From a virus (Duplodnaviria > Caudoviricetes): a stretch of DNA of 63,709 nucleotides. Location of the stretch: positions 1 through 63,709 of the IMG/VR virus record IMGVR_UViG_3300048850_000155; one strand, 5' to 3'. Below the pieces are notes generated by a model. It did not search any database. It was not told the DNA's origin and saw only the letters and a list, made by a program, of their open reading frames with translations. This document shows, piece by piece, positions 1 to 9,500 of the stretch. Each line of letters starts with the position of its first letter. Positions within the stretch are counted from its first letter, which is position 1. The position numbers and the translations under genes are program-made.

Positions 1-220
1 TCACTCCTTCCCTGTAAGAGCCGCACGGCCGGCGTCGGTCGGTCGCCCCCACATGGCGCCCAGTGAATAGGCCGCATCCGTGTAGGCCATCGCCAGCCCC
101 TTGCGGTCGAGAGATATCAGGGCCTCCTGCCGCTCTGGATCGCTGACGTGCACGAGACGCGGAGAACGCGCCTGTAATGATTGCAAAACGCTCAGTTCAA
201 TTGCGTCTGTGCTATCCTTC

Positions 221-472
221 ATGGCTATGCCTCGCCTCTGGTTTGATGACGTGCTGATATGGATCGTCGGCTCTACGGAGCTCACGGTGAATTCCGTGCA
301 GCAAGCCGCAAGGGTGCTTTACGAGGAATGGCCGGCCGCTTGGATGGGTACCGATCTGCACAAAGCCGCCATGCTGGCGTGCATTGATGCGCATGACGGG
401 CACGGGACCGCTGAGGATGCCCGTGACGCCTTCGCCGCTGCGGCTCGGGAAGCGGGGATGCTGGAGGAGTGA
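221..472 (+). CDS. DUF982-family protein
   Basis: VNSVQQAARVLYEEWP...HKAAMLACIDA...AEDARDAFAAAAREAGML matches the Rhizobiales DUF982 pattern; ATG at 221. Confidence 0.7.
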   Translation: MAMPRLWFDDVLIWIVGSTELTVNSVQQAARVLYEEWPAAWMGTDLHKAAMLACIDAHDGHGTAEDARDAFAAAAREAGMLEE

Positions 473-474
473 GG

Positions 475-783
475 TCATTCGCCGGACGCCGCTTTTCGGG
501 CATGGATGGCAGCGGCGCGGCGGAAATCCCTTGCCGTGAGCGCGCCGGACAAGCAGACCTCCTGCTTCAGCAGCAATTGCTGGTCGTCGGCTGCAGTTTG
601 CACCTCGTAGAAATTGGCAGCGCGCGCAAACGGCTCCATCGCCTTCTCAAGCTCCTCGATCCGGTCGGCGGCCTGCCCGGCGGCAGAGGCGAGCATCTCG
701 ATAAGCGGATCCGTTGGTCCGCCTTCAGGCATCATCTGCCCGAACTCTCTGAGCTCTTTCACCAGCGTCTTGCTATTCGGCAT
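475..783 (-). CDS. Phage hypothetical protein
   Basis: ATG with GGAGG upstream; QAADRIEELEKAL-type coiled coil common in phage early genes. Confidence 0.55.
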   Translation of the reverse strand: MPNSKTLVKELREFGQMMPEGGPTDPLIEMLASAAGQAADRIEELEKAMEPFARAANFYEVQTAADDQQLLLKQEVCLSGALTARDFRRAAAIHARKAASGE

Positions 784-1018
784 GTTGGCCTCCGGAGCCA
801 TAGAGCTTGACCACGACGCGCTGCACCCGCCAGCCGCGGCGGCGGGCGCGGCGCCAGCATTGGGCTTCCGTCTCCTCTTCCCGGCGCCACGCATTAATGA
901 TGGGCTGCATGGCCTCACGGCGTTTCGCGCTGACAGAACGGATATTGATAAAGGGGCGTGGGAGGCCGTCTAGGCAGACGGCGGCCCATCCATATTCGGG
1001 CTCAATCCGGTCAGCCAT
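773..1018 (-). CDS. Phage hypothetical protein
   Basis: GGAGG RBS; overlaps neighbours in leftward operon. Confidence 0.5.
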   Translation of the reverse strand: MADRIEPEYGWAAVCLDGLPRPFINIRSVSAKRREAMQPIINAWRREEETEAQCWRRARRRGWRVQRVVVKLYGSGGQHAE

Positions 1019-1334
1019 GTTGGCCTCCGCGGGCGCGCGGCTGGTCGACCTTGCAGCGCATCCAAAGGTTCTTGAGAGCGCTGTAGGATGCGGCGTCTAG
1101 AGCAATGGTCTCGGCCCAGCTACCGTTTCGATCGACCAGCACGTCTGCAAAATGGTTCTCGATATGGCCGCCAACCTCTACCCGTCCGGCCAGCGCCGCC
1201 CGGCGAAGCACCGTGTCAACGCCATCGCGCCCTTGATCGAAGTAAACAGCTTCGCAGCGGATCAGGTCTTCGCGACCGTGCCTATAAAGACGAAGGCCGG
1301 TGGCCTCTGCTGGCAATGTGCCCTTGTAGCTCAT
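1011..1334 (-). CDS. Phage hypothetical protein
   Basis: GGAGG RBS, ATGA coupling with upstream gene. Confidence 0.55.
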   Translation of the reverse strand: MSYKGTLPAEATGLRLYRHGREDLIRCEAVYFDQGRDGVDTVLRRAALAGRVEVGGHIENHFADVLVDRNGSWAETIALDAASYSALKNLWMRCKVDQPRARGGQHG

Positions 1335-2053
1335 GACTGGCCTCCGCGGGCGCGGATGGCGGCTTCGGCATGCTGCACCAATCGCTCTTTTGACGAGAAA
1401 GGAGCCTCCGCGATCTCCGCCAGCGCCTTCTCAGCGGCTTCGGCGCGGTCCGCATATGCCTGGATATCGGTTGCGTACTTATCGAGGAGCGGCGTGTAGT
1501 TCGGGTCTGTGCGACGAAGCTCGGCTTCTGCCGCGTCCGCGCGGGCCTTCTCTGCCGCGCGCTGTTGCTCGGCGAAGGCCGCATAATCAGGGGCGCTGTG
1601 AGCCGCCACCCTCGGGGACATGCCGGCCTCTATTAGCCAACGCGTAGCCCGCTCGACGAGATCGGCCGCCGGCTCGGGCTGCGGGGCGGGAGGGGCGGCG
1701 GCGATGTAACCGTGTTCCGTGCCATACCGGACAGCCGCCAGGACGTGCAGAATAGCTTCTCGAGCCTCACGCTGGTCGCACGAGAGGCACGTGACCGGGC
1801 AAAGGCCGTCCGCGCTATCGGCGCAGTCCCGGCAACGTCCGCCATAGTTCAGCACGTACTGAACGACGGCCTCGTCGTCGTTTGCCACCGCGACCGCATC
1901 CGTCTTATCGGCTGGCAGGGCGGCGAGATAGGCTGATATGACGGCCACCAGCTCATCCTCGATCCTGGGGCGGTAGGTCTCAAGATACGCGGCTTTCGCA
2001 GCCTCAAGCCCCCGCTCATCGAGCGCCGGCTTCCCCTCGGGTGTGTGCGTCAT
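1331..2053 (-). CDS. Phage hypothetical protein with Cys-rich (possible Zn-binding) segment
   Basis: CRDC...CPVTCLSC; translationally coupled. Confidence 0.55.
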   Translation of the reverse strand: MTHTPEGKPALDERGLEAAKAAYLETYRPRIEDELVAVISAYLAALPADKTDAVAVANDDEAVVQYVLNYGGRCRDCADSADGLCPVTCLSCDQREAREAILHVLAAVRYGTEHGYIAAAPPAPQPEPAADLVERATRWLIEAGMSPRVAAHSAPDYAAFAEQQRAAEKARADAAEAELRRTDPNYTPLLDKYATDIQAYADRAEAAEKALAEIAEAPFSSKERLVQHAEAAIRARGGQS

Positions 2054-2250
2054 GGGCTCGGCTCCTTCTGGGCAGACTTCTTCTTCAGCTTCTCCAGCTG
2101 CTCAACGAGCTGGTCGCATGCTTTTTGCAGCGCTCTTTCCTCGGCAGGCTCAAGACCGCCTTCGCAGGCTCCCGCGTCCATCCAGCCGTCGATGTTGAGC
2201 CACAAGAGGCGAGCCTCTTCTTGGTCGAGCTTGATCGTGATTGTTGCCAT
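2050..2250 (-). CDS. Phage hypothetical protein
   Basis: Coupled ORF in leftward operon. Confidence 0.5.
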   Translation of the reverse strand: MATITIKLDQEEARLLWLNIDGWMDAGACEGGLEPAEERALQKACDQLVEQLEKLKKKSAQKEPSP

Positions 2251-2253
2251 CCC

Positions 2254-2823
2254 CTAGCCCTCCGGTTGCGTGTTGCGGATGGCGCCGAGCGCGTTCTGTA
2301 AGGCGGCAACGCAGGCCCGATTGGTCCGCCCGTCAACGTCGGGATTGGCGTAAATGTTGATCATTTCGTTGATACGCCCCTCGCACCGCTCCCGTTCCTG
2401 AGCCCTGGCGGTGGCGAGAGCGGCGAGGATTTGATCGCGGTAGTAGCGCTGCCGCGGGTTGCGGTGCTTGTCGGCCGTATAGCCACGCCGATCTAGGTCC
2501 GCCGGATGCAGGCTCCAGAAGTGTTCCGCGAGCCGATCGGCCGTCTCATCATCCCCCGCCCCAGCGGCAAGCCCGCGCTCGGCCAGGGTGAGGAGGGCAG
2601 GCAGCGCGTTACGCACTTTTGCGATCAGAGCAGCCTCCGCCCTATTGAACCCGCCCGTGGGGGCACCGATGCGCGCGGGCAGTGCCCCGGCCGCGAGCAC
2701 CCACCATCCGTGGGGCTCGACCGGTTGTGTCGCGTACCAAGGGGCGGACACGGCCTCGGCATCGAGCCGCCGCAGCTCCGCAAGCTCATCCGCCCCTATG
2801 GGCGCATGGGGTTCATTCGGCAT
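2254..2823 (-). CDS. Phage hypothetical protein (ead/Ea22-like N-terminus)
   Basis: ELAELRRLDAEAVSAPW...AALIAKVRNALPALL pattern. Confidence 0.5.
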   Translation of the reverse strand: MPNEPHAPIGADELAELRRLDAEAVSAPWYATQPVEPHGWWVLAAGALPARIGAPTGGFNRAEAALIAKVRNALPALLTLAERGLAAGAGDDETADRLAEHFWSLHPADLDRRGYTADKHRNPRQRYYRDQILAALATARAQERERCEGRINEMINIYANPDVDGRTNRACVAALQNALGAIRNTQPEG

Positions 2824-3118
2824 TGGAATTGTCCTTGTAGGGGCTGGCGCGCAGCGCTGCGTGATAGAACTTCACACGGTCAGTTTCGTGTTGTGCTGCA
2901 GCGTGCTGTTCGAGCGTGAGCCATTTCGGTGTGACAACCGCCTCACCCTCCATCAGCGCCAGTGCGGCGGCGTCGGTGAGGTGGAGGGCTTTCAGGATGG
3001 CGTCTGCCTGTCGGTACACAAGCTGATCGCAGGTGTCGGCGAGCAGAGTCGCCAGCCTCTCCCGTGCTGTCTCACGCATCGGCCTTCTCCGCGAGACGAA
3101 GGGTGGCGCGGGAAACAT
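2813..3118 (-). CDS. Phage hypothetical protein
   Basis: ORF in leftward operon; start uncertain. Confidence 0.4.
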   Translation of the reverse strand: MFPAPPFVSRRRPMRETARERLATLLADTCDQLVYRQADAILKALHLTDAAALALMEGEAVVTPKWLTLEQHAAAQHETDRVKFYHAALRASPYKDNSNAE

Positions 3119-3131
3119 CGTCGAATGCCCT

Positions 3132-3374
3132 CTAATCTGCCTTAATGACCTCGCTCAGCTCTTCGTCATAGACGCGCATGATATCGTCGGAAGACTTGCG
3201 AAGTCCGTACTCAAGACTTCCAAGCAGGTCCGCCATCGCATCATTCCCAGTTAGCCCGAATGCCTGTGACAGCTTGTCGAGCTGCTCAGCGCGGGCACGA
3301 ATGCCTGCACAATGATTTCGTAGGGCTGTAAGGAACCTGGGGGACGCGCTCATGCCACCCTCCGCCGATCGCAT
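3132..3374 (-). CDS. Phage hypothetical protein
   Basis: ORF in leftward operon; start uncertain. Confidence 0.4.
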   Translation of the reverse strand: MRSAEGGMSASPRFLTALRNHCAGIRARAEQLDKLSQAFGLTGNDAMADLLGSLEYGLRKSSDDIMRVYDEELSEVIKAD

Positions 3375-3547
3375 TCCGCATCGGCCCGCGCAATTGCCGC
3401 CACGCTCGCCTCATACAGCCGGGGAGCGAGCTCTTCCGCGTGGACGAGCTCGCCACCGACCTCGTATTTGCGCTCGAGCCACAGGCGGAGAACGCGCACG
3501 AGCTCGTCTTGCGCGGTGGGCCGCGCGCATAATCTTAAGTTTTGCAT
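3350..3547 (-). CDS. Phage hypothetical protein
   Basis: GAGGG RBS before ATG. Confidence 0.4.
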   Translation of the reverse strand: MQNLRLCARPTAQDELVRVLRLWLERKYEVGGELVHAEELAPRLYEASVAAIARADAECDRRRVA

Positions 3548-3583
3548 TGGAGTCGTTCCCTCAAGCGCGCCTCGGCGCGCGGG

Positions 3584-3721
3584 TCAAACGTCCCAGTGGA
3601 TGTCTGCAGGCCGGCCGCGGACGTGCCACCAATCGATGACCGCGCGCACCGCAACCGCCGCCGCTCCCCCGGCGAAAAAGGCCAGCCCCATTAGGGCCAG
3701 CGCGCCTTGCTCAGTGGCCAT
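3584..3721 (-). CDS. Small single-TM protein (MATEQGALALMGLAFFAGG...)
   Basis: Read by hand; hydrophobic segment; fills the operon gap. Confidence 0.35.
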   Translation of the reverse strand: MATEQGALALMGLAFFAGGAAAVAVRAVIDWWHVRGRPADIHWDV

Positions 3722-4277
3722 GTCCGAATCTCCGCACGAAGCGGGCCGCGAGGATCGCGGCGTCGATGTCGTCGATGCGCTGCTCGGCAGGAACGCGCCG
3801 CGCGGTAGGATCCCGGCGACGCTCGTGTGGAACGCGATTGGCCTCGCATAATCTTAAGTGCTGCAGGCGCCCGATGATGTCGCCGTCGGCGAGATTGACA
3901 CGTGCGCCATTAAGCAACAGCGCCAGCTGCGGCGGGCTGTCGATGAAGTCGCGCGCCGACATCTTGCGTAGGCTAGCCCTCGCCATGCGTTCTTGCGCGG
4001 TAGGTCGGCGGTGCTTTACGCGGCCGAGCGCATACAGAACGCTTGTGTGATCGATGCAAAACACATTGCCGATCTGGGTCGATGACATGTGGTGCTCTTC
4101 GCGCAGCCTCCGGATGGCGGCCCATCGCGCCTTGACGACGGTCGAAACCTTCGTCGGGGCATACAACAGATGCGAAGGCACGCCGTATTGCTCGGCCACC
4201 TCCCGGATAAGATTGCGTGTAACGTCCGCAGGCATGGGCGCCACGCGGCTCGCGCCGGCGCCGGTATTCCCAATCAC
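3711..4277 (-). CDS. DnaA C-terminal-like HTH protein
   Basis: LIREVAEQYGV...VVKARWAAI...SSTQIGNVFCIDHTSVLYAL resembles DnaA domain IV; GTG at 4277 follows AGGAGG. Confidence 0.7.
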   Translation of the reverse strand: MIGNTGAGASRVAPMPADVTRNLIREVAEQYGVPSHLLYAPTKVSTVVKARWAAIRRLREEHHMSSTQIGNVFCIDHTSVLYALGRVKHRRPTAQERMARASLRKMSARDFIDSPPQLALLLNGARVNLADGDIIGRLQHLRLCEANRVPHERRRDPTARRVPAEQRIDDIDAAILAARFVRRFGHGH

Positions 4278-4393
4278 CTCGTGACCTCCTGCCATTCTTC
4301 TGTCGGTGACCGCGCAGGGCAGTGGTCTTCTGGGCTGGCTGGTGGTTGTGGTCTGCATGTCCATCGCTTTGTCCTCATTGCTGCGATGGACGT

Positions 4394-4443
4394 AATTTAA
4401 CAAGCAAGGACTTGTAAGTCAACAAGCGTCTCTGTCTCCTTGT
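4394..4443 (-). promoter_or_regulatory. PL-like leftward promoter with operator half-sites
   Basis: Minus strand TTGACT-17-TAAATT; ACAAG-N6-CTTGT at 4400-4415 and ACAAG...CTTGT at 4422-4443. Confidence 0.55.
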
Positions 4444-5159
4444 TAAGTTAGGCCGGGCACAACGATTTTGTGGAGCGCAAGCACGTCCTTCGCGCTGAAC
4501 TCAACCGGCGAATCGGGGTTGAACTGGTGCAAAACAAGTAGGTCACCATCCCAGCCTTTGAATTGCTTTACGTACCCATGTGGCTCGGCGTCATCCCGCG
4601 CCTGCACCTGGGCCACAACAAAGTCACCTGGCGAGGGCGGTTTGTGCGGGTGCACGTAGACGCGCTCGCCCGGATAATACCGCGGAACCATGGATGTGCC
4701 GTCGACATAGAGCGCATAGGCACCCTCGACGCTCTCGAGCCACGGCGGGCAGGCGACGCGTTCGATTACGTCCCCCATGATGATGTAGCCCCGCCCAGGT
4801 GCAGCGCCGGCCGCATGCCCAAGCACCGGTATGGTTTTGTTTCCGTGATCCTGATGCGCAAGCCCGACCATACGCCCAACATTCGCGCGAGGCAGGCGCG
4901 ACGACGAATCAGACGCAAGACTGAGGTGACCGTAGGCCGGCCGCGGCCTTGTCCTTGCCTCGTTAATTAGGGCCTCCATCTCATTCTCAGGGATCTCGAG
5001 CGCGGCAGCGATCCGGCGCCAGCTCGACGTCGGCGTTTTGGTGCGCCCCGATTCGATGAGCCCTATGGCTTGCTGACTGATTCCGACGGCATCCGCCAAC
5101 TGTGCCTGGGTCCAGCCCTTCGCTTCTCGCGCTTGACGGACCGTGTCTGCGATCGACAT
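4443..5159 (-). CDS. cI: CI-like phage repressor (XRE HTH + S24 autopeptidase)
   Basis: WTQAQLADAVGISQQAIGLIESG HTH; VDGTSMVP (Ser) and YVKQF (Lys) S24 motifs. Confidence 0.92.
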   Translation of the reverse strand: MSIADTVRQAREAKGWTQAQLADAVGISQQAIGLIESGRTKTPTSSWRRIAAALEIPENEMEALINEARTRPRPAYGHLSLASDSSSRLPRANVGRMVGLAHQDHGNKTIPVLGHAAGAAPGRGYIIMGDVIERVACPPWLESVEGAYALYVDGTSMVPRYYPGERVYVHPHKPPSPGDFVVAQVQARDDAEPHGYVKQFKGWDGDLLVLHQFNPDSPVEFSAKDVLALHKIVVPGLT

Positions 5160-5171
5160 TTTTTAGCCCTC

Positions 5172-5271
5172 ACAACGACTTGTCGCACCTGCGTACAACT
5201 GCTGGAGCACATTCTCAAGCAAGAACGTTGACAAGTCTATGGCTCCTTGTGTAGCTTGTATTGCGACTTGT
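5172..5271 (+). promoter_or_regulatory. PR-like promoter and operator cluster
   Basis: TTGACA at 5228-5233, TAGCTT at 5252; repeated ACAAG/CTTGT half-sites as at PL. Confidence 0.55.
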
Positions 5272-5695
5272 GCAGGAGCCATTCCACCCATGAGACCTAC
5301 GCAGAGCAGATCGACGTTCGACTTCCGCACAAAGAAGTCGCAAGCGCCTAACAAGTTCCACACCCCTTCCGACCAACATCGCGACCACGCGACGGTCGAC
5401 CCAGACTTTGACCGCTATGGCGGACCGGTGTCGCTCGTTCCCGACATCGGACGCGCGGTGAGGGCGCGTCGCTCCCAGTTTTTCTGACCCCGTCGAGCAT
5501 GCTCCGGGGCAGGCACACATCCCCCGAACGACCGCTGCAGCGCAGCCAACAACAATAAGCAAGCACATAGCCGAAACCGAACCGTGAGGCCGAACATGGC
5601 CACTTGGAATCTAGGCGTTCAGCCCGGCCGCATTGGCCGGTGGTTTTTGAGCAGGCACCCCGCAACTGTATCCCAGATAGAAAAGGTAGGCCCGA

Positions 5696-6720
5696 TGAGC
5701 AGAGCTACTATGCATATCAATCGCAGCGGCGTTGTGTATGCCGACAGCCCCTTGTTCGCCGACAACACGAATTCAAAGCGCGCAATTGCCGAAAACGTCG
5801 GCTCCCACCCGTCTCAATGCGATGCGCTACGCCTCAGCGGAAATCTGGATGAGTTTCGCTTTTGGTTCTCTGGAATGATGAGCAGTGCTCGGGATTTACC
5901 GCCGGACGAGTTAACGTCGAAGGTGGCCCTGATCACGCCGGAGATCGCGGGATTTTTGCTGACGAGCTTCAACAAGTCTAACCGCACGCTCAAACCGACC
6001 AAGATCAAACGGTTTATTGCTCTGATGAAAGCGGACCGGTGGCGCGTGACGCACCAGGGCATATCGTTTTCGCGGAGCGCAATGCTCAACAACGGCCAGA
6101 ACCGCCTTACGGCTATCGCGCAATCAGGTGTTCCGGTGAAGCTATATCTCACGTTCGGTGAGGAGCGCTCTACCTTCTCGGTTATTGATGCCGACATGAC
6201 CGTGCGAGGTGGCGCCGATACTGCGCATGTGCTTGGCTATAAGAACACTGCCAATCTGGCTGCAGCGGCGCGTCTGCTGAAAAATATCGAAGCTGGCTCG
6301 TTTGCGGCGGCGATTACAGTCGGGAACGACGAGATAAAAGATCTGGTCGACTCTCACCCTGGCCTTGAGGAAGCCACCACCCCAGGCCAGCGCATCGGAA
6401 CCAGGCTACGCGTAGCTCCAAGCGCCATGACGATTGCCTCGTACGTCATTGGGCGAGATGCAAAAGATCTGAGGCGCTTCGAGGTCTTCGTTGATCGCCT
6501 TTGCGACGGCGACGGCCTTCGGAAGTTCGACCCAATCTTCATCCTCCGGGAAATGATCAAGGACAAGAGCATCGACGCCGGCGTGCGGAACAGCGCGTCA
6601 CGATCCATCACCCATGCCGCCTCAACCATCAAGACCTGGAACCTATGGGTCCGAGGCAAGAGGGCAAAGCAGGCTGACATTAAATGGGAAGTCGGCGACG
6701 CTTTCCCGTCGGTGGAGTGA
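5696..6720 (+). CDS. ParB/DGQHR-like domain protein
   Basis: NRTLK...MKADRWRVTHQGISF...LNNGQNRLTAIAQSG; start uncertain. Confidence 0.55.
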
Positions 6721-6721
6721 G

Positions 6722-7678
6722 ATGATGCAGCCGTCCGTGACCCATGAGGTTCGCCCACTGCCTGTCGACGAAATCGTGGTCGCGGACGGTCGCAGACCGA
6801 TAAACGAAGGATCGCTCATCGCCTTGGGGGAGTCGGTGAAGCGCATCGGCTTACAGATCCCCATTACCGCACGGCGGGACGATGTATATCGCGATCCAGA
6901 AACCGGCGAAGTCGGGCGCGCATACATCCTTATCGCGGGCAGGCACCGGCTAGAATTGTTCCGACGTCTGGGGGAAAAGTACATCCCTGGCGTCCTCCGG
7001 GTCTGCGATGAGACTGAAGCGGAGCTTTGGGAGATCGCCGAGAACCTTCATCGGGCCGATCTAACCAAGCTTGAGCGGGATGTGCAAATCGCGCGGTGGA
7101 TTGATCTGACAGAGGGTCTACTGCGGCGCGCGCGCGAGGATGGCATTTCGGCGCAATATGCGCCGAAATTAAAACCGGTGGTCGGCAATAAGGGAGCCGG
7201 TCGCCCCGAGTCGGGCATCAACGCCGCATCTCGCGAACTCGGTATCGAGCGTACCGATGCCCAGCGAGCCATCAAGATCGCCAGCTTACCAGATGAGGCC
7301 AAGGCACTAGCACGCGAGACCGGCCTTGATGGTCACCGTGGCGCCCTCCTTGAGGCATCCAAAGAGGCAGATGACGCCGCCAAAACTGCCAAAATGCGTG
7401 AGATCGCGGAACGCGAGGAGCGCAAGCGGCAAGAGCGCGCCGTGAGGCGCGCGGAGCAGAAGACCGGCTCGAGTCACCCCCCCACGGCTGGCGATCCCCA
7501 TGTTCCGCCAATCGCAAGCCGCGAGACCTCGCCATCGGGGGCGGGGGACCCATCTGAAGACACGCGTCTGATCGCCGCCGCAAACGCCGCCCTACGTGCC
7601 CTGCGCACACCATCACAATGGGCTGACGTAGCCAGTATGAACGCCGAAGAATGGCGAGCGGCTTACCGATCGCTTTAG
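6722..7678 (+). CDS. ParB N-terminal domain protein
   Basis: GLQIPITAR...ILIAGRHRL; EIAENLHRADL; central HTH. Confidence 0.8.
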   Translation: MMQPSVTHEVRPLPVDEIVVADGRRPINEGSLIALGESVKRIGLQIPITARRDDVYRDPETGEVGRAYILIAGRHRLELFRRLGEKYIPGVLRVCDETEAELWEIAENLHRADLTKLERDVQIARWIDLTEGLLRRAREDGISAQYAPKLKPVVGNKGAGRPESGINAASRELGIERTDAQRAIKIASLPDEAKALARETGLDGHRGALLEASKEADDAAKTAKMREIAEREERKRQERAVRRAEQKTGSSHPPTAGDPHVPPIASRETSPSGAGDPSEDTRLIAAANAALRALRTPSQWADVASMNAEEWRAAYRSL

Positions 7679-7849
7679 CCGATCCCCGCCCTACGCACGC
7701 AACAAACCAAACGTCCAGCTCCCGCTACGGCACGCCACGCGTGCCGTAGGCCCCATCGCCGAGGACTGCACGCCAGTCTTCCGCCGTGGGGCACCCCACG
7801 ATGCCGCAGCGGTTTCGCCGGCACCTGCCACATGACCGAAAGCAAAGTC

Positions 7850-8086
7850 ATGGCAGACAAGTTTGAAGTCGATGATTACGTACGCGCCAATATTGAAGGG
7901 CGCGTGATCGAAACGAGGCAGAACGAGCGCGGAGAACAGGTCGTCGTCGAATACATCGACAATGACGGCATTATTCGCAAGCGCGCGCTCTGGATCACAG
8001 AGATCGAGCCGGCTGACGAGGACGACGACGGCCCCGAACCGGATGAGATCGACGGTAACGTCATCCCGTTCAGAGCCGCCGCATGA
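7850..8086 (+). CDS. Small SH3/KOW-like hypothetical protein
   Basis: KFEVDDYVR...GRVIE; ends VIPFRAAA. Confidence 0.5.
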   Translation: MADKFEVDDYVRANIEGRVIETRQNERGEQVVVEYIDNDGIIRKRALWITEIEPADEDDDGPEPDEIDGNVIPFRAAA

Positions 8087-8292
8087 TTGGCGATATATTC
8101 GATTTCCGGCTGGGTGAATACGTCCGCATCATGTGCACTTCGGTGGCGTGGCAGGTCGTTGGCCAGACCCGGAATCTCTACTCGGAAAATCATTACACCC
8201 TTCGGCGCATCGAACCGACGACCGGCGATATCATCCAGACATATTCGCCGGAAAGCGTTCTCGTGCCTGTCGATGTGGCGAGGATCAATTGA
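8083..8292 (+). CDS. Small SH3/KOW-like hypothetical protein
   Basis: DFRLGEYVRI; coupled. Confidence 0.45.
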   Translation: MIGDIFDFRLGEYVRIMCTSVAWQVVGQTRNLYSENHYTLRRIEPTTGDIIQTYSPESVLVPVDVARIN

Positions 8293-9245
8293 TGGCGAGA
8301 TTTTCGGTAGGCGACGAGGTTCGGACGGCTGGCGGCGACAGAGTCCTCCTCGTTCGCAAGCTGACCGGCAGCGGTGGCTATAAACTGCGTGACAGCGTCA
8401 CCCGCAAGAAGGTGGCGTTCGAGTGGTACGACGAAGAGCTCGAGCCGGCGGTGCGGGAGGCGCCCGTCGACGAGCCGGTTTGGAAGCGTGCGAACGTCGG
8501 CGATTGGGTGCGGATTCGTGAGGCATGGGCGTACGGCGGCCCAGGTGAATACCAAGTCGTCGAGGTGGATGACGGAGACGATAGGATCAGGCTGCGTGTT
8601 TTGGCCGATCGTGGGCCGAGTTGGGTAGCCAACAGCCGCGTCAAGGCCATCGTCGCACCGCCCGCGCAACCGCCCACCTTCCGCGTCGGCGACCGGGTCC
8701 GGTTTACCGACAAGGTGAATCCTACGTGGTGGTTCAGCACAGGTCAGACGGGGACCATTGTCGAGGTCGACTACAACGATAACCTCAAGTACGGCGTGCA
8801 TGTCGACCAAGGCCCATACGATCACCCCGCGTGGGTAAGCGAAGAGCATATCGAGATCAAAAGCGAGCACGGTCACAACTTCCACATTGGCGACCGTGTC
8901 GAATATGCCCGCCGCGATACGCACGGATTCCGCTACCTACCGGCCATCCACTACCGCGACACCGGTATGGTCGTGTCTATGGACGGCCCCCTCGTCGCGG
9001 TGCGCCTTGACCGCAACGGATTTCGCGTCACGACCGCGGCAACGGACTGGAGGCCTGAGGACATTTCCGATCCGCCATCCCGCACCTTCAAGCCGGGCGA
9101 CTGGGTGCGAGATGCGCACGACGGGCAGGTCGGCGTCGTCTTCCACGACAGCGGCGAGCCAGAAGATGAATCCCCATACCGCGTCGGCCATCCCGACAGC
9201 GGCGAATACTTTGACTACAGCGCCGCCGACCTTCTCCCGAACTGA
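8292..9245 (+). CDS. Protein with five tandem KOW/SH3-like repeats
   Basis: FSVGDEVR, ANVGDWVR, FRVGDRVR, FHIGDRVE, FKPGDWVR. Confidence 0.65.
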   Translation: MARFSVGDEVRTAGGDRVLLVRKLTGSGGYKLRDSVTRKKVAFEWYDEELEPAVREAPVDEPVWKRANVGDWVRIREAWAYGGPGEYQVVEVDDGDDRIRLRVLADRGPSWVANSRVKAIVAPPAQPPTFRVGDRVRFTDKVNPTWWFSTGQTGTIVEVDYNDNLKYGVHVDQGPYDHPAWVSEEHIEIKSEHGHNFHIGDRVEYARRDTHGFRYLPAIHYRDTGMVVSMDGPLVAVRLDRNGFRVTTAATDWRPEDISDPPSRTFKPGDWVRDAHDGQVGVVFHDSGEPEDESPYRVGHPDSGEYFDYSAADLLPN

Positions 9246-9254
9246 GGTCCACTC

Positions 9255-9500
9255 ATGCAAAACGTGATTTCTGCCGATCGCGCCATCGACGAAGCGGACG
9301 GGAATATTCCGAGAGCTGGCGCCCGCCTCGGTGCCGTCGCGCGCTGGAACGAGCGCCGCGCCAATGCAATCGACAACTCATCGGCGAGCCGTCGGCGCCG
9401 CGGGTTGCCTGACATGGAAAGGCTTCGCCGCCAAGCCGAGGCCTTACACGCGGTTGCTGCCGAGCTCGCGGCCCCGCAAGAGATGAGGATGGCGGCGTGA
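9255..9500 (+). CDS. Phage hypothetical protein
   Basis: GAGG RBS; coupled. Confidence 0.5.
   Translation: MQNVISADRAIDEADGNIPRAGARLGAVARWNERRANAIDNSSASRRRRGLPDMERLRRQAEALHAVAAELAAPQEMRMAA

Noticed and set aside
1-285. Minus-strand 94-aa ORF at the window edge
   Set aside because: Overlaps head-to-head with the better supported DUF982 gene and has no recognisable motif; it may still be real from ATG 222.
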